Positions 1 to 11,965 of a stretch of DNA of 64,000 nucleotides are shown piece by piece. This stretch comes from an uncultured Bdellovibrionales bacterium. Lineage in GTDB: Bacteria > Patescibacteriota > Minisyncoccia > Moranbacterales > DUUL01. Every line of letters starts with the position of its first letter. The first letter of the stretch is position 1. A model generated the notes under the pieces. That model was not told where the DNA came from and made no database searches. It saw only the letters and a program-made list of their open reading frames with translations. Location of the stretch: the NCBI GenBank assembly GCA_964556685.1, contig CAZKWX010000001.1, positions 11,417 to 75,416 on the forward strand. The letters run 5' to 3'. A program made the position numbers and the translations under genes.

Positions 1-93
1 TGTAAAACTTGGATTTTGAAATTGATTTGTCATTTGGATTTTCTAATTTGGCATTTCCGAGAATGCTATTTTAGTTATTGGGGGGATATTTTT

Positions 94-1014
94 ATGGCTA
101 ACACACATGAAGCAAAACAAGAGGTGAAACAGCACGCTGGGCAGCTCAGTGATGTGCGAACGGCTGCCCACACGGAGTTACAAGAGCAAGTGCAAGGGCA
201 TGGCGAAGGCGAAGGTGCGCAGCATGAGTCAACGTTGTTTGCCGAGCCCATCACTGTTGTTAAAAGCTTTGTTGTTTCCAATTCATATTTAACCAGCTTG
301 ATGACCGTGATTGTCCTGGTGGTGCTCTTTGTGGCCGCTGGACGGAAAATTAAAAGCGTCCCTCGAGGAGTTCAAAATTTATTTGAAATCATCCTCGAAG
401 GCGCCATGAACTTTTCTGATTCAATCACGGGTGATCGAGAAAAGACTGAGAGATTTCTACCGTTAGTTCTTAGTCTTTTTTTGTTTATTTTGGTGAGTAA
501 TTGGATGGGAATTTTGCCGGGGATTAGCACCATTGGTTTTGTTCAGGAAGGGACAGGACATGAGGTTTTCGTTCCATTCTTCCGAGGGGCAACGGCTGAT
601 TTGAACACGACTTTAGCATTAGCACTGGTAGCTATCGTTGCCACTCACGTGTTTGGCGTGATGACTGTGGGCGGATGGAACTATCTGAACAGATTCATCA
701 ACATCAAAGCTATCGCTGAGATTCCAAGAAAATTTCCCAAAGATAGAAGCGTGATATATATCAATCCCATCAAAGCTTTTGTCAGTCTGATTGAAATCAT
801 TGGAGAATTTGCCAAAATTGCTTCACTGTCCTTTCGATTATTTGGGAATATTTTTGCCGGAGAAGTATTGCTTATTTCTATTACAATTTTGTTTGCATTT
901 TTGCTACCGATTCCATTTATGTTTTTGGAAATTCTAGTGGGCGTAATTCAGGCTATGGTATTTTCAGTTTTGATTTTAGTGTTTTTGACAATGTCGACGA
1001 GTAAAGCGCATTAG
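94..1014 (+). CDS. atpB: ATP synthase Fo subunit a, with His/Glu-rich N-terminal extension
   Basis: Motifs PRGVQN, TADLNTTLALA and SLSFRLFGNIFAGE (essential Arg). ATG at 94 preferred over the ORF-track start at 16, which lies in a low-complexity repeat. Confidence 0.96.
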   Translation: MANTHEAKQEVKQHAGQLSDVRTAAHTELQEQVQGHGEGEGAQHESTLFAEPITVVKSFVVSNSYLTSLMTVIVLVVLFVAAGRKIKSVPRGVQNLFEIILEGAMNFSDSITGDREKTERFLPLVLSLFLFILVSNWMGILPGISTIGFVQEGTGHEVFVPFFRGATADLNTTLALALVAIVATHVFGVMTVGGWNYLNRFINIKAIAEIPRKFPKDRSVIYINPIKAFVSLIEIIGEFAKIASLSFRLFGNIFAGEVLLISITILFAFLLPIPFMFLEILVGVIQAMVFSVLILVFLTMSTSKAH

Positions 1015-1111
1015 AGTATAATACAAATTTACAAATGAATGCGAATGCTGCGAATATGCGAATAGTTATTAATAGTTAATTTCTCATAACATTTTGCAAA
1101 ACCGACGTTAA

Positions 1112-1372
<261 letters not shown>

Positions 1373-1478
1373 TGCTTTTACCTGGTCCCGCCTAGGCGGG
1401 ATCGGAATAAAAGTGGTAGAAAGATGGCTACGAAATACGAATTGAGTACGCCTGCCTGCCGATAGGCGTTGTGTTTTT

Positions 1479-1620
1479 CCTCCTTTAGCAAAGGAGGTGT
1501 CACGTCGCTTGCGACGTGATGGAGGATTTGAAAAGTTAGTAGGCCAAGATTTCAAATCTCCCTAGAAATTATGACTTGCTGCGCTCGTCTATAATTTCTT
1601 TCCCTCTTTGCTAAAGAGGG
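1479..1620. repeat. Family B (DUF559-type) inverted doublet
   Basis: CCTCCTTTagcAAAGGAGG...GGAGGATTTG and its inverse CAAATCTCCC...CCCTCTTTgctAAAGAGGG, each with an internal hairpin. Confidence 0.8.
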
Positions 1621-1704
1621 ATGGGGAAAAAAGTTCGAACTAAGATTAACGTTGATAGAAAGATTCGTATATTAGTGTTTGATTAGTAATTAGTAGAGAA
1701 TACC

Positions 1705-2205
1705 ATGGAACAAATTTTCAACACATTTCATATCGACTGGAAATTATTGATTGCGCAAGCAATTAATTTTGCCATTGTAGTAGCCGTGCTTTATAAATTT
1801 GCCTACAAGCCTCTCATGAAGCACATGAAGGAAAGGACCAATAAGATTGATCAAGGGCTGAAAGATGCAGAAAATGCAAGAAAACAACTGGAAAAAGCTC
1901 AAGACGAGAAAGAAGCTGAGATTGTAAAAGCGAAAAAAGAGGCTAGGCTGATTTTGGAAGGGGCTCAGAAGCAAGCTGAAAAAAATAAAGGTGCAACGGT
2001 GGCCGAGGCAAAAGAAGAAGCAGAAAAAGTCGTCCAACAAGCCAAAAAGCAAATCGAAGGAGAGAAAGAAAAAATGCTTGTCGAAGTTCGATCTGAAGTT
2101 GGCCAGTTAGTCGTGGCCGCTACTGAAAAAGTGGTGGATGAAAAAATCGACGACAAAAAAGATAGGAAGTTAGTCGAAGAGGCAGTAAGAGATATTAGTA
2201 GATGA
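1705..2205 (+). CDS. atpF: ATP synthase Fo subunit b
   Basis: N-terminal TM (QAINFAIVVAVLYKFAYKP) followed by a charged coiled coil; operon position. Confidence 0.95.
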   Translation: MEQIFNTFHIDWKLLIAQAINFAIVVAVLYKFAYKPLMKHMKERTNKIDQGLKDAENARKQLEKAQDEKEAEIVKAKKEARLILEGAQKQAEKNKGATVAEAKEEAEKVVQQAKKQIEGEKEKMLVEVRSEVGQLVVAATEKVVDEKIDDKKDRKLVEEAVRDISR

Positions 2206-2242
2206 TGAATTACGTGTAGTTAGAAGAATTGTAAGTCTTTAA

Positions 2243-2335
2243 TTTACGGATTACAGATCAATTACAAATATACAGATAGATTAAAAAATTAGATATCGCC
2301 TAAATCTGTATATCTGTACAAATTTGTAATCAGTA
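2243..2335. repeat. Inverted low-complexity doublet (TTACGGAT/TACAGAT family)
   Basis: ttacggattacagat...tatacagat is mirrored by atctgtatatctgta...gtaatcagtaa. A related half copy lies at 61358-61425. Confidence 0.65.
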
Positions 2336-2345
2336 AAGAGTCCAT

Positions 2346-2750
2346 ATGAAAGTTTCACCAAAGCAATATGCAAAATTGATATATGAGACAACCGAAGGTC
2401 TAAAAAAAGATCAGGTTTCTGGTGAATTAATAAAGATTGCTGAACTTGTCAAAAAGAACCGAGATGAAAGAAAAATGAGAAGCATCGAAATGGAATTTGA
2501 AAAACTCTTGAAGGAGAGAGAAGGCTTGGTTGATGCAAGCGTGGTGAGCTCAAAAGAGTTAAGCAAAGTTAAACTGGGAGAAATTCAGAAAAAAATTGCT
2601 AGTCAAAAGGGAACCAAGAAAGAAAAAGTTAAGTTGGAAAATATTGTTGATGAGAATATTAAAGGAGGTTTAGTGGTCAGAATTGAAAATGAAATTTTAG
2701 ATGCAAGTGTGTTGAATAGAGTCAATAAACTTAGTGCAAACTTAAGCTAA
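2346..2750 (+). CDS. atpH: ATP synthase F1 subunit delta (short form)
   Basis: KQYAK N-terminus and VDENIKGGLVVRIENEILDASV C-terminal OSCP motif; 134 aa. Confidence 0.92.
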   Translation: MKVSPKQYAKLIYETTEGLKKDQVSGELIKIAELVKKNRDERKMRSIEMEFEKLLKEREGLVDASVVSSKELSKVKLGEIQKKIASQKGTKKEKVKLENIVDENIKGGLVVRIENEILDASVLNRVNKLSANLS

Positions 2751-2777
2751 ATATAATTCCAATTAAATTAAAATATA

Positions 2778-4340
2778 ATGGACAAAGATTTTATTATCGA
2801 ACAACTGAAAAAGCAAATTTCTGAAACTGACACCTCGGCGGAAACTAAAAAGGTCGGCACAGTGGTGGAAGTGGGCGATGGAATTGCCAGGATTGTCGGT
2901 CTTGATGATGCGATGATGGCAGAAATGATTCGGTTTAACGTTGAGAAGGGCAAATCAGAGGATGACTTGTTTGGCGTTGCGATGAACCTGGAAGAAGGCC
3001 AGGTTGGCGTCATCATCATTGGAGATGACTCAAAGATCAAAGAAGGCACGGAAGTTCAATCAACTGGAAAAATTCTATCAGTCCCAGTGAATGAAAAGAT
3101 GATTGGTCGAGTGATCAATCCAATTGGACAGGCCATTGATGGGGAAGATCAAATTGTGGCAGAAGAATTCTATCCTTTGGAGAAAATTGCTCCAGGAGTG
3201 ATGACTCGAGAGGGAGTGAAAGAACCAGTTCAGACTGGAATTAAAGCCATCGATGCCATGATTCCCATTGGACGAGGGCAAAGAGAACTGATCATTGGTG
3301 ATCGGCAGACCGGAAAAACTGCCATTGCTGTTGACACAATCATCAACCAAAAAGGGCAAGACATGATCTGCATCTATGTGGCGGTGGGACAAAAGAAATC
3401 AAAAGTGGCTCAAATCGTGGCCAAGCTCAAAGAGCACGAAGCCATGGATCATACCATTGTAGTGGTGGCAGGGGCTTCAGATCCAGCGGCCTATTCATAT
3501 TTCGCACCCTATGCTGGCTGTGCTATTGGGGAATATTTCATGGATCAAGGAAAAGACGTGCTTGTCGTTTATGATGATCTTTCAAAGCATGCTTGGGCCT
3601 ATCGACAAGTCTCGCTTCTTTTGAGACGACCACCTGGACGAGAAGCCTATCCGGGAGATGTTTTCTATTTGCACTCAAGACTCTTGGAAAGAGCCGCCAA
3701 GCTGAACGAAGACAATGGAGGTGGATCATTGACGGCACTTCCGATTATTGAAACTCAAGCCGGTGATATCTCGGCCTACATTCCAACCAACGTAATCTCG
3801 ATCACTGATGGACAGATTTTTTTGGAATCAGACCTTTTTTATCAAGGCATTCGGCCGGCGCTCAATGTGGGGCTTTCTGTTTCTCGAGTGGGATCAGCCG
3901 CTCAGACCAAGGCGATGAAAAAAGTGGCCGGGAAGGTGAAATTGGAACTGGCTCAATTCCGAGAACTGGAAGCTTTCACAAAATTTGGATCAGATCTGGA
4001 TAAAAAAACTAAGCAGAGAATTGATCGAGGCTATCGCACAGTGGAGATTCTGAAACAGACTCAATATGCTTCGATGTCGATGGAAGACCAGGTGTTGTTG
4101 ATGTGGTCGTTGACCAATGGATATTTGGATGATGTGGAAGTGGAAAAAGTCAAAGAATGGGAGGAGGATCTTTTGAAATATGCTCACGAAGCAGCTAAGG
4201 ACATTTTGGATGAAATTGGCAAGAAGAAAAAGTTGGACGAAAAGTTGGAAGAAAAAATGAAAGGACTGGTAGAAGATTACAAATCGACAAGAAATGATGG
4301 AAGTAAGGAGGGAGACGAGGGCAAGCAGAATAAGGAATAA
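2778..4340 (+). CDS. atpA: ATP synthase F1 subunit alpha
   Basis: GDRQTGKT Walker A and [24 protein letters not shown]. Confidence 0.99.
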   Translation: MDKDFIIEQLKKQISETDTSAETKKVGTVVEVGDGIARIVGLDDAMMAEMIRFNVEKGKSEDDLFGVAMNLEEGQVGVIIIGDDSKIKEGTEVQSTGKILSVPVNEKMIGRVINPIGQAIDGEDQIVAEEFYPLEKIAPGVMTREGVKEPVQTGIKAIDAMIPIGRGQRELIIGDRQTGKTAIAVDTIINQKGQDMICIYVAVGQKKSKVAQIVAKLKEHEAMDHTIVVVAGASDPAAYSYFAPYAGCAIGEYFMDQGKDVLVVYDDLSKHAWAYRQVSLLLRRPPGREAYPGDVFYLHSRLLERAAKLNEDNGGGSLTALPIIETQAGDISAYIPTNVISITDGQIFLESDLFYQGIRPALNVGLSVSRVGSAAQTKAMKKVAGKVKLELAQFRELEAFTKFGSDLDKKTKQRIDRGYRTVEILKQTQYASMSMEDQVLLMWSLTNGYLDDVEVEKVKEWEEDLLKYAHEAAKDILDEIGKKKKLDEKLEEKMKGLVEDYKSTRNDGSKEGDEGKQNKE

Positions 4341-4434
4341 TTATCAATAATCAATAAACAATTATCATTCAATAATCAATGATCAATTTCAAAATGAAAA
4401 TTCATTGATAACTGATAATTGTAAATTGAAAATT
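4339..4434. repeat. Inverted heptamer-like low-complexity doublet
   Basis: ATCAATA/ATCAATG units mirrored by TTGATAA/TTGAAAA units. Similar tracts at 16-56, 6658-6745, 19803-19903 and 29198-29236. Confidence 0.6.
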
Positions 4435-4443
4435 TTATAAGAT

Positions 4444-5424
4444 ATGGCGAAAGGAGCTAAAGAAATACAACGAAGAATAAAATCAGTTGGCAACACTCGA
4501 AAAATCACTCGAGCGATGGAAATGGTGGCCGCTGCCAAGATGAAGAAGGAAGTTTCTCGCGTTTTGGCTATTCGGGCATATGCTCATAGCGCCCAGATGG
4601 TTTTAACATATCTATCTCGAGCATTTGCTAAACAGAAGCATGGTTTGTTAGAAGTACGAGAAGTCAAGAGAATCTTAGTGGTCTTAATTACATCGAACCG
4701 GGGACTATGCGGTGCTTACAACACTCAGGTGATAAAAAGACTCATAGACCAAGTGGAAAACCCAAAACTTCTGAAAATCAACCGAGTCGGAACAAAGAGA
4801 ATCGAATCAACAGTGCCGGATGATCAGATTGAGTTTGACTTTATCGCAGTGGGAAAGAAAGGCTTTGAACAACTCAATGCACGAGGAAAAAATGTGATTG
4901 CTGAATTTGAAGATTTGAATTACACACCAACACCAGATTCTGTTTGGCCATTAGCCAAGATTGCTATTGATGACTATCAGAATGCAAATTATGACAAAGT
5001 AGTAGTAGCCTACACCGACTTCAAGAACTCTCTGATTCAAGAACCAAAGCTGCGTCAGATTTTGCCGATTTCAAAGATTGACTTGGAAAAGCAAATTGAG
5101 GAAATGAGTTCTGGGATTTCTGGTGATGAAATTCAGGAAACAGAATCAAAGGAAGAAGAGCAGATTGATTATACGATTGAACCAGATCCGCAAGTTGTGG
5201 TGAAACATATGTTGCCGAGGTTGGTGGAAATGCAGCTTTATCATGCCATTTTAGAATCTAATGCTTCACGAGAATCGGCTCGGATGATGGCTATGAAAAA
5301 TGCTAATGAAGCAGCAGGAGAAATGATACAGCTGTTGCAATATTCATATAACCAGATTCGCCAGATGGGAATTACTCAAGAGATTGCGGAGATCACTTCG
5401 GGAAGAACGGCACTTGAGGATTAG
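4444..5424 (+). CDS. atpG: ATP synthase F1 subunit gamma
   Basis: KITRAMEMVAAAK, SNRGLCGAYN, RMMAMKNA and RQMGITQEIAEI. Confidence 0.98.
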   Translation: MAKGAKEIQRRIKSVGNTRKITRAMEMVAAAKMKKEVSRVLAIRAYAHSAQMVLTYLSRAFAKQKHGLLEVREVKRILVVLITSNRGLCGAYNTQVIKRLIDQVENPKLLKINRVGTKRIESTVPDDQIEFDFIAVGKKGFEQLNARGKNVIAEFEDLNYTPTPDSVWPLAKIAIDDYQNANYDKVVVAYTDFKNSLIQEPKLRQILPISKIDLEKQIEEMSSGISGDEIQETESKEEEQIDYTIEPDPQVVVKHMLPRLVEMQLYHAILESNASRESARMMAMKNANEAAGEMIQLLQYSYNQIRQMGITQEIAEITSGRTALED

Positions 5425-5518
5425 TTTTTATAAGCTAGTTATACGCTTTAATACTATCGCCAGTATTACGCCAGCGTATCACCAGCGTTTAGTCAAGGTG
5501 TATTACTGGCTTATATTT

Positions 5519-6073
5519 ATGTTGGAAGTTGAAGCTAAAATTAGAGTAAAAGACCTGGAAACCGCTAGAAAGAATCTCAAAAAGCTGGGAGCCAAAAAAG
5601 TGGAAGAAAAAGTCCAAATTGATAAAGTGTATGGGCGAGATTCTGATTTAGACGACGAGCATAAGGTAATTGAAGGAAGATTCAGCGCCAGGATTAGAAA
5701 GACTAACAAAGTCTGCCGGATTGATTTTAAGGAGATTTTGCGAGGCAAACCAGGCGACGAACATAACATTGAACTGAGTGACATTGATGAGGGTGATAAG
5801 TTTTTACAAAAATTGGATTATAAAGAGGCCTTCACATCGGAGAAGAAAAGGGAAATCTATGGATATGAAAGTTTTGAAATTTGCTTGGATGACTTTCCAA
5901 AACTTGGCTATTTCATTGAAGCAGAAAAAAAGATTGAAGAAGGAGAAAGCAAGGAAGATGCGTATAAAAGTTGTGTGGAAGTTTTGAAGAAAATTGATCC
6001 AAGGGGAGAGATTGAAAACAAAAAATATGGGGATTTGATTCAGGAAGTGATTAATGAGAAAGGGAAGTTTTAA
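5519..6073 (+). CDS. CYTH-domain protein (class IV adenylate cyclase/triphosphatase family)
   Basis: N-terminal EVEAK (ExExK) motif, KKRE and ICLD..LGYFIEAE. ATG at 5519. Confidence 0.85.
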   Translation: MLEVEAKIRVKDLETARKNLKKLGAKKVEEKVQIDKVYGRDSDLDDEHKVIEGRFSARIRKTNKVCRIDFKEILRGKPGDEHNIELSDIDEGDKFLQKLDYKEAFTSEKKREIYGYESFEICLDDFPKLGYFIEAEKKIEEGESKEDAYKSCVEVLKKIDPRGEIENKKYGDLIQEVINEKGKF

Positions 6074-6079
6074 CACACA

Positions 6080-6154
6080 TGTCATCTCGACCGAAGCGAA
6101 GTGGAGAGATCTCATGACAACTCACGAGATTCCTCGACTACGCCCGGAATGACA
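6080..6154. repeat. Family A palindromic element (TGTCAT...ATGACA doublet)
   Basis: tgtcatctcgaccgaagcgaagtggagagatctc...gagattcctcgactacgcccggaatgaca; related copies at 34258, 43219 and 60995. Confidence 0.9.
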
Positions 6155-6165
6155 GTGAATTAATT

Positions 6166-6654
6166 ATGAAAAAGTACAATAAAACAGTTCAAGACATTAA
6201 AACGCTGCTGGAGAAAAATGATATCGAATACAAGTTCTTTGAGCACAAACCAGTCAGGACTAGTGAAGAGGCAGTGAAAGTAAGGCCAGATTATAGTTTG
6301 CAACAAGGAGCCAAAGCTATGATTGTCAAGCCCAAAATTAATGGCGAAAGAACATTCGTGATGCTGGTTTTGCCGGGAGACAAGCGATTTGACAACAAGA
6401 AGGTGAAAAAAGTTTTGGACGCTAAAGATGTTACTTTCGCATCCGAAGAAGAAGTCGCCAAATTGACAAATGGAGTAATCCCAGGAGGAGTTCCACCGTT
6501 TGGTAATTTGTTTGGACTGAAAGTGGTTGCTGATCCTGATTTATTTAAAAATGATGAAATAGTTTTTAACTGTGGTGATCAGAGCGCTTCAATTGCAATG
6601 AAGAGTGAAGACTATGAACGAATTGTCAAACCAGAAATTGTCGAGATAACTTAG
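6166..6654 (+). CDS. YbaK/ProX-family aminoacyl-tRNA deacylase
   Basis: EHKPVRTSEEA, GAKAM and GGVPPFG motifs. Confidence 0.88.
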   Translation: MKKYNKTVQDIKTLLEKNDIEYKFFEHKPVRTSEEAVKVRPDYSLQQGAKAMIVKPKINGERTFVMLVLPGDKRFDNKKVKKVLDAKDVTFASEEEVAKLTNGVIPGGVPPFGNLFGLKVVADPDLFKNDEIVFNCGDQSASIAMKSEDYERIVKPEIVEIT

Positions 6655-6718
6655 GAGCAATTTGAAATTTGAAGTTTGTAATTTTTATTCAATTTATAAT
6701 TAATCAATTTCGAATTGA

Positions 6719-8134
<1,416 letters not shown>

Positions 8135-8164
8135 GAGGTAAGATCTAGGATTTAAGAATAAATT

Positions 8165-8210
8165 CAAATCCCCCACCTCGAGTACGAGGCACCCCCTTTA
8201 CTAAAGGGGG
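8165..8210 (+). repeat. Family B half element
   Basis: caaatccccc-[cctcgagtacgagg hairpin]-cccccTTTactAAAggggg. Confidence 0.8.
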
Positions 8211-8256
8211 AAATAAAGAAATGCTGTAGTGGTACGACATGCTATATTGAAAAATA

Positions 8257-8288
8257 GTATATACCAACGTATATACGAATGTATATAC
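8257..8288. repeat. Family C: 3 x GTATATAC at 12-bp period
   Basis: gtatatac-caac-gtatatac-gaat-gtatatac; other copies at 36339, 58011, 58685 and 58901. Confidence 0.9.
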
Positions 8289-8307
8289 AAATTAAGCAAG
8301 TATCTTT

Positions 8308-9006
8308 ATGGTATTGCTCGGACTTACAACTTCAAAAAGATCAAATTGGCAGCAGAAAATAAGAGAAGCGTCATATTATAATATTGAAAAAATATCACTT
8401 TTCCCTACGTATTCACGGATATCTGAAAGAAAAAAACTCTACGAAGCGATTGATGGGAGTACCATTGTTGAAATACCTCATGTGCATCTGTGCCATGATA
8501 TAGAATTGTGGGAGCTAGATTATTTTGTTAAAGAATACAATACCCAAATTTTTAACATACACACTGAGAGATTATTTCCGCTGGAGAATGATATTTCAAA
8601 GTATAATTCCAAGATATTCGTTGAAAATGCAGGACTACCCACAGAGAATGAATTAAAGAAATTCGGTGGTTTCTGTATAGATTTTGCACATTGGGAAGAC
8701 TATATAAGATTAGAGGGAGAAAAGTACAATCCAGAAGAGGATAAAATCAGGGACTGGATGAAGAAGTATGATGTTGGTTGTGGTCACGTGTCAGCAATTT
8801 CAGAAGAAATACACGAAGATGAGGGCATTCCAGGAAGAATGTGTTATGCCTCGCATTGGATGAATAGTCTGGATGATATAAAATATATGAAAAAATATGT
8901 CAAGTATGTTTCTAAATATGTTAGTATTGAGTTGGATAATCCTTTCAAGGAACAACTCAAGGTGAAGAAATACTTAGAGAAAATTCTATATAAAAGGATC
9001 AATTGA
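8308..9006 (+). CDS. Hypothetical protein, possibly a metal-dependent TIM barrel (AP endonuclease 2/xylose isomerase-like)
   Basis: HVH, FVEN, CIDFAH, GHVS and SIEL pattern. Confidence 0.55.
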   Translation: MVLLGLTTSKRSNWQQKIREASYYNIEKISLFPTYSRISERKKLYEAIDGSTIVEIPHVHLCHDIELWELDYFVKEYNTQIFNIHTERLFPLENDISKYNSKIFVENAGLPTENELKKFGGFCIDFAHWEDYIRLEGEKYNPEEDKIRDWMKKYDVGCGHVSAISEEIHEDEGIPGRMCYASHWMNSLDDIKYMKKYVKYVSKYVSIELDNPFKEQLKVKKYLEKILYKRIN

Positions 9007-9047
9007 TGAAGTGAAGAGCAAGAATTAGGAATTAAGATTTAAGAGTT

Positions 9048-9118
9048 CAAATCCCTCTGAAGAATATGACTCGCATAGCTCGTCTATATTTTTCTTCTCC
9101 CTTTGCTAAAAGGAGAAG
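9048..9118 (+). repeat. Family B half element
   Basis: Closely matches 1553-1620, including the internal atgact..gctcgtctata hairpin. Confidence 0.8.
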
Positions 9119-9214
9119 ATTGGAAAGAAAAGGAATAAATAACTATACAACGTTGCTGTGTCGAGAAATAGTACTTGCCATAGTAAGTACGTCCGAGCAC
9201 GTATTAGAATCATT

Positions 9215-9871
9215 ATGATCAGAAAAAATGTCCCATTTTATGCCAATACGGCAGACAATACACACTGCTTTCAGGCTTCTTTGAAAATGGTAATGAAGTA
9301 TTTTTGGCCAAATAGGAATTATTCATGGAAAAAATTAGATAAAATCACCGCAAAAATTCCTGGACTATGGACCTGGCCAATGGCAGGACTGATCTGGTTA
9401 CAAAAACAAGGAATTGAAATTGCGATGGTTGAAGCTTTTGACTATTCAAGATTCATAAAACTAGGAGGAGAATATTTAATTGAGGAATTTGGGAAAGAAG
9501 TAGGGGAAGCCCAGATCAAACACAGTAATATAGACCAAGAAATAAGATTTGCGAAAGAATTTTTGGAGAGAATTAAAATTGAAAAACGAATTCCCAAATT
9601 AAAAGACATAAAAAGATTTTTAAAGAAAGGTTATGTCATTATATGTAATGTTAATTCTCGCAAATTAGCAAAGAAAGAAGGGTATGTCGGTCATTTTATC
9701 GTTATTTTTAATTTTAATGATAAATATCTTTTTCTTCATAACCCTGGTCTTCCACCCCAAAAAAATCAAAGAGTAAGTTTTAAGCAATTTGAAAAAGCTT
9801 GGGCTTATCCGAATGAAAGAGCAAAAGGAATAATAGCGTTAAGAATTAACATTACTAACCAAGATATTTAA
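9215..9871 (+). CDS. Peptidase C39-like protein
   Basis: VPFYAN...HCFQASLKM (Cys), GHFIVI (His) and LHNP. ATG at 9215. Confidence 0.75.
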   Translation: MIRKNVPFYANTADNTHCFQASLKMVMKYFWPNRNYSWKKLDKITAKIPGLWTWPMAGLIWLQKQGIEIAMVEAFDYSRFIKLGGEYLIEEFGKEVGEAQIKHSNIDQEIRFAKEFLERIKIEKRIPKLKDIKRFLKKGYVIICNVNSRKLAKKEGYVGHFIVIFNFNDKYLFLHNPGLPPQKNQRVSFKQFEKAWAYPNERAKGIIALRINITNQDI

Positions 9872-9984
9872 TAAATTTTGGACCACAACGCCTCGAAATA
9901 AAACGCCGCATCTATGACAGAGCAAGAAATAAAGGGGCGTAGTACTGGCGATTTAAGCAGGGCGTTCTACTGGCATATACAACA

Positions 9985-10428
9985 ATGAAAAAAATCAACC
10001 TAAAAATAACCACTCCGGAACGAGTGGTGCTAGAAAAAGAAGTTGATCAAGTAACTCTGCCGACTAAGGGAGGGGAGATTACGATTTTGCCTGATCACGT
10101 GCCATTGCTTTCTACCATTACGGCTGGGATCATTGTGGCCAAGATCGACGAACAAATTTCTCCTATGGCGATTTCAGGCGGTTTTTTGGAATATCACAAC
10201 AATCAAGTGACGGTTTTGGCTGACACAGCAGAAAGGGTTGAAGAAATAGATTTGGATCGAGCAGAAGAAGCTCGAAAAAGAGCCGAAAAATTGAAACAGG
10301 AAACCAGGAAAACGCTTGACGAAGGACAATATGCTGCGGTGGTCTCGCAAATTGAGAAACAACTTGCTAGAATAAAAGCAGCCCAAAAATATCGACCTCG
10401 TAGCAGTTCGACATTGGGCGATGAATAG
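9985..10428 (+). CDS. atpC: ATP synthase F1 subunit epsilon
   Basis: KITTPER, GEITILPDHVPL, ISGGF and EEIDLDRAEEA. Confidence 0.97.
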   Translation: MKKINLKITTPERVVLEKEVDQVTLPTKGGEITILPDHVPLLSTITAGIIVAKIDEQISPMAISGGFLEYHNNQVTVLADTAERVEEIDLDRAEEARKRAEKLKQETRKTLDEGQYAAVVSQIEKQLARIKAAQKYRPRSSSTLGDE

Positions 10429-11965
10429 AAATAAAAGACAAATTTTGATAAAAAAAATACCAACTTGGGTTTTGATCTCATTAGCCCTGATTTTGGCTTT
10501 GGGGCTGTTTTTACGTGTCTATAAACTTGGCCAACAATCACTCATAGCTGATGAATATTTGGGGATGAACATTAGCTATGGCTACAATCAAACAGGGGAA
10601 TGGACATTCTGGGATTTCAACAAACAAAAATTGATGGAGTGGGATTATAATCGAGCTCAAATTTATTATTGGCAAGTAGCTCAAGTTTTCAACTTTTTTG
10701 AGCCAACCGAAGCCAACTCTCGCTTGATAAGCGTGATGTGGGGAATGATCGGATTACTTTCAATTTTTTTGATTGCTTTTTGGGTGACAAAAAATTATGT
10801 TGTTGCGCTGATTTCAACCTTGCTTTTGGCAGTGAGTGTTTCTTCACTGACTTTTGATCGAAAGCTGAGAATGTATTCAATGTTTGTTCCGATATACCTT
10901 TGGCTATCCTATTTTTTATATATGTTTATAGAATCTCAGCCGAAAAGGGGGCCAAACTTTATCAAAAATATATCAGAAAAAACCAAACTTAATTGGAATT
11001 TCTTTCTGCCCGCTATTCTATTGGGACTTATATCAGTAGCAACGCATTTACTGGCAGTTAATATTGGAATAGTGTTGTTAGTCTACTTGCTAGTTATGGC
11101 TTGGAAGGCTCGCAAAAAAGAAAAAGCCTGGGCCAATCGATATTCCTATTACCTTATAGTTTTTTTGCTGCTCATTATTATTGGAATGAATTTCAGTTAT
11201 GCTCAACTAGCGTTGAAAGAATTTTCTTTCTGGATAAACAATTGGAGTTACCTATCAAAAGCCAGCTTGGATTATAGTCACATGTTTTTGGCCGGACTCT
11301 TCTTGGTGGCCGGAATATATTGGCTGATTAAAAATAATTCAAAGAAAGGAATTTGGATTGTTGTCTCATATTTAACAATTCTTTTCTTGGCAATTATGGT
11401 TTGGAGAAGAAGCGCTGGGCATCAGTATCTGCTTTTCACCCAACCTTTCAAGATTATGATCATCGCTGGTGGAATCTATTTTATTTCAGATGTTCTTTCT
11501 AAAGAAGTTTTCAATGGCTCAAGGAGGTGGTTTTGGGGACTGATTACAACCTTTTTAATATTGCTGATTAATTTTTCGTTCTTTTCCTCAAAGGAAAGCT
11601 TTTATGCTGGTCCCAAAAGTTGGTCCCACACAAACTATCGTGAGGGATATGATTATTATCATAAGCACCGAAAAGCTAACAGCGCAGTCATCATTCGTCC
11701 AGCGGTGACCTATTACCTGAAGGGCGTGAACACCGATGTCATTGAATACAATGAGGATGACAAGCTTCAGCTAGAAGAAATACTCAGCGCTCAAAGTAAG
11801 TATGATGAAATTTGGTTTATCTATTCAAAAGACACCTATGTAAGTGGAGATGCCAAGGATCATATTCGAGAGAACTTTGAACTAATCGAAACTAAATATA
11901 CTAACAAGAAATTGCAAATTAGAAGGTGGCAGAAAGAAGATACAAAAAATAACGCCAGCTCATGA
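10421..11965 (+). CDS. GT-C (PMT/ArnT-like, GT39/83) membrane glycosyltransferase
   Basis: LRVYKLG..SL..DE after TM1, RMY motif, many TM helices and a soluble C-terminal domain. Overlaps the atpC stop. Confidence 0.75.
   Translation: MNRNKRQILIKKIPTWVLISLALILALGLFLRVYKLGQQSLIADEYLGMNISYGYNQTGEWTFWDFNKQKLMEWDYNRAQIYYWQVAQVFNFFEPTEANSRLISVMWGMIGLLSIFLIAFWVTKNYVVALISTLLLAVSVSSLTFDRKLRMYSMFVPIYLWLSYFLYMFIESQPKRGPNFIKNISEKTKLNWNFFLPAILLGLISVATHLLAVNIGIVLLVYLLVMAWKARKKEKAWANRYSYYLIVFLLLIIIGMNFSYAQLALKEFSFWINNWSYLSKASLDYSHMFLAGLFLVAGIYWLIKNNSKKGIWIVVSYLTILFLAIMVWRRSAGHQYLLFTQPFKIMIIAGGIYFISDVLSKEVFNGSRRWFWGLITTFLILLINFSFFSSKESFYAGPKSWSHTNYREGYDYYHKHRKANSAVIIRPAVTYYLKGVNTDVIEYNEDDKLQLEEILSAQSKYDEIWFIYSKDTYVSGDAKDHIRENFELIETKYTNKKLQIRRWQKEDTKNNASS

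Noticed and set aside
16-93. Long N-terminal extension of AtpB from the TTG at 16
   Set aside because: Comes from a heptamer low-complexity repeat; ATG 94 is more plausible.
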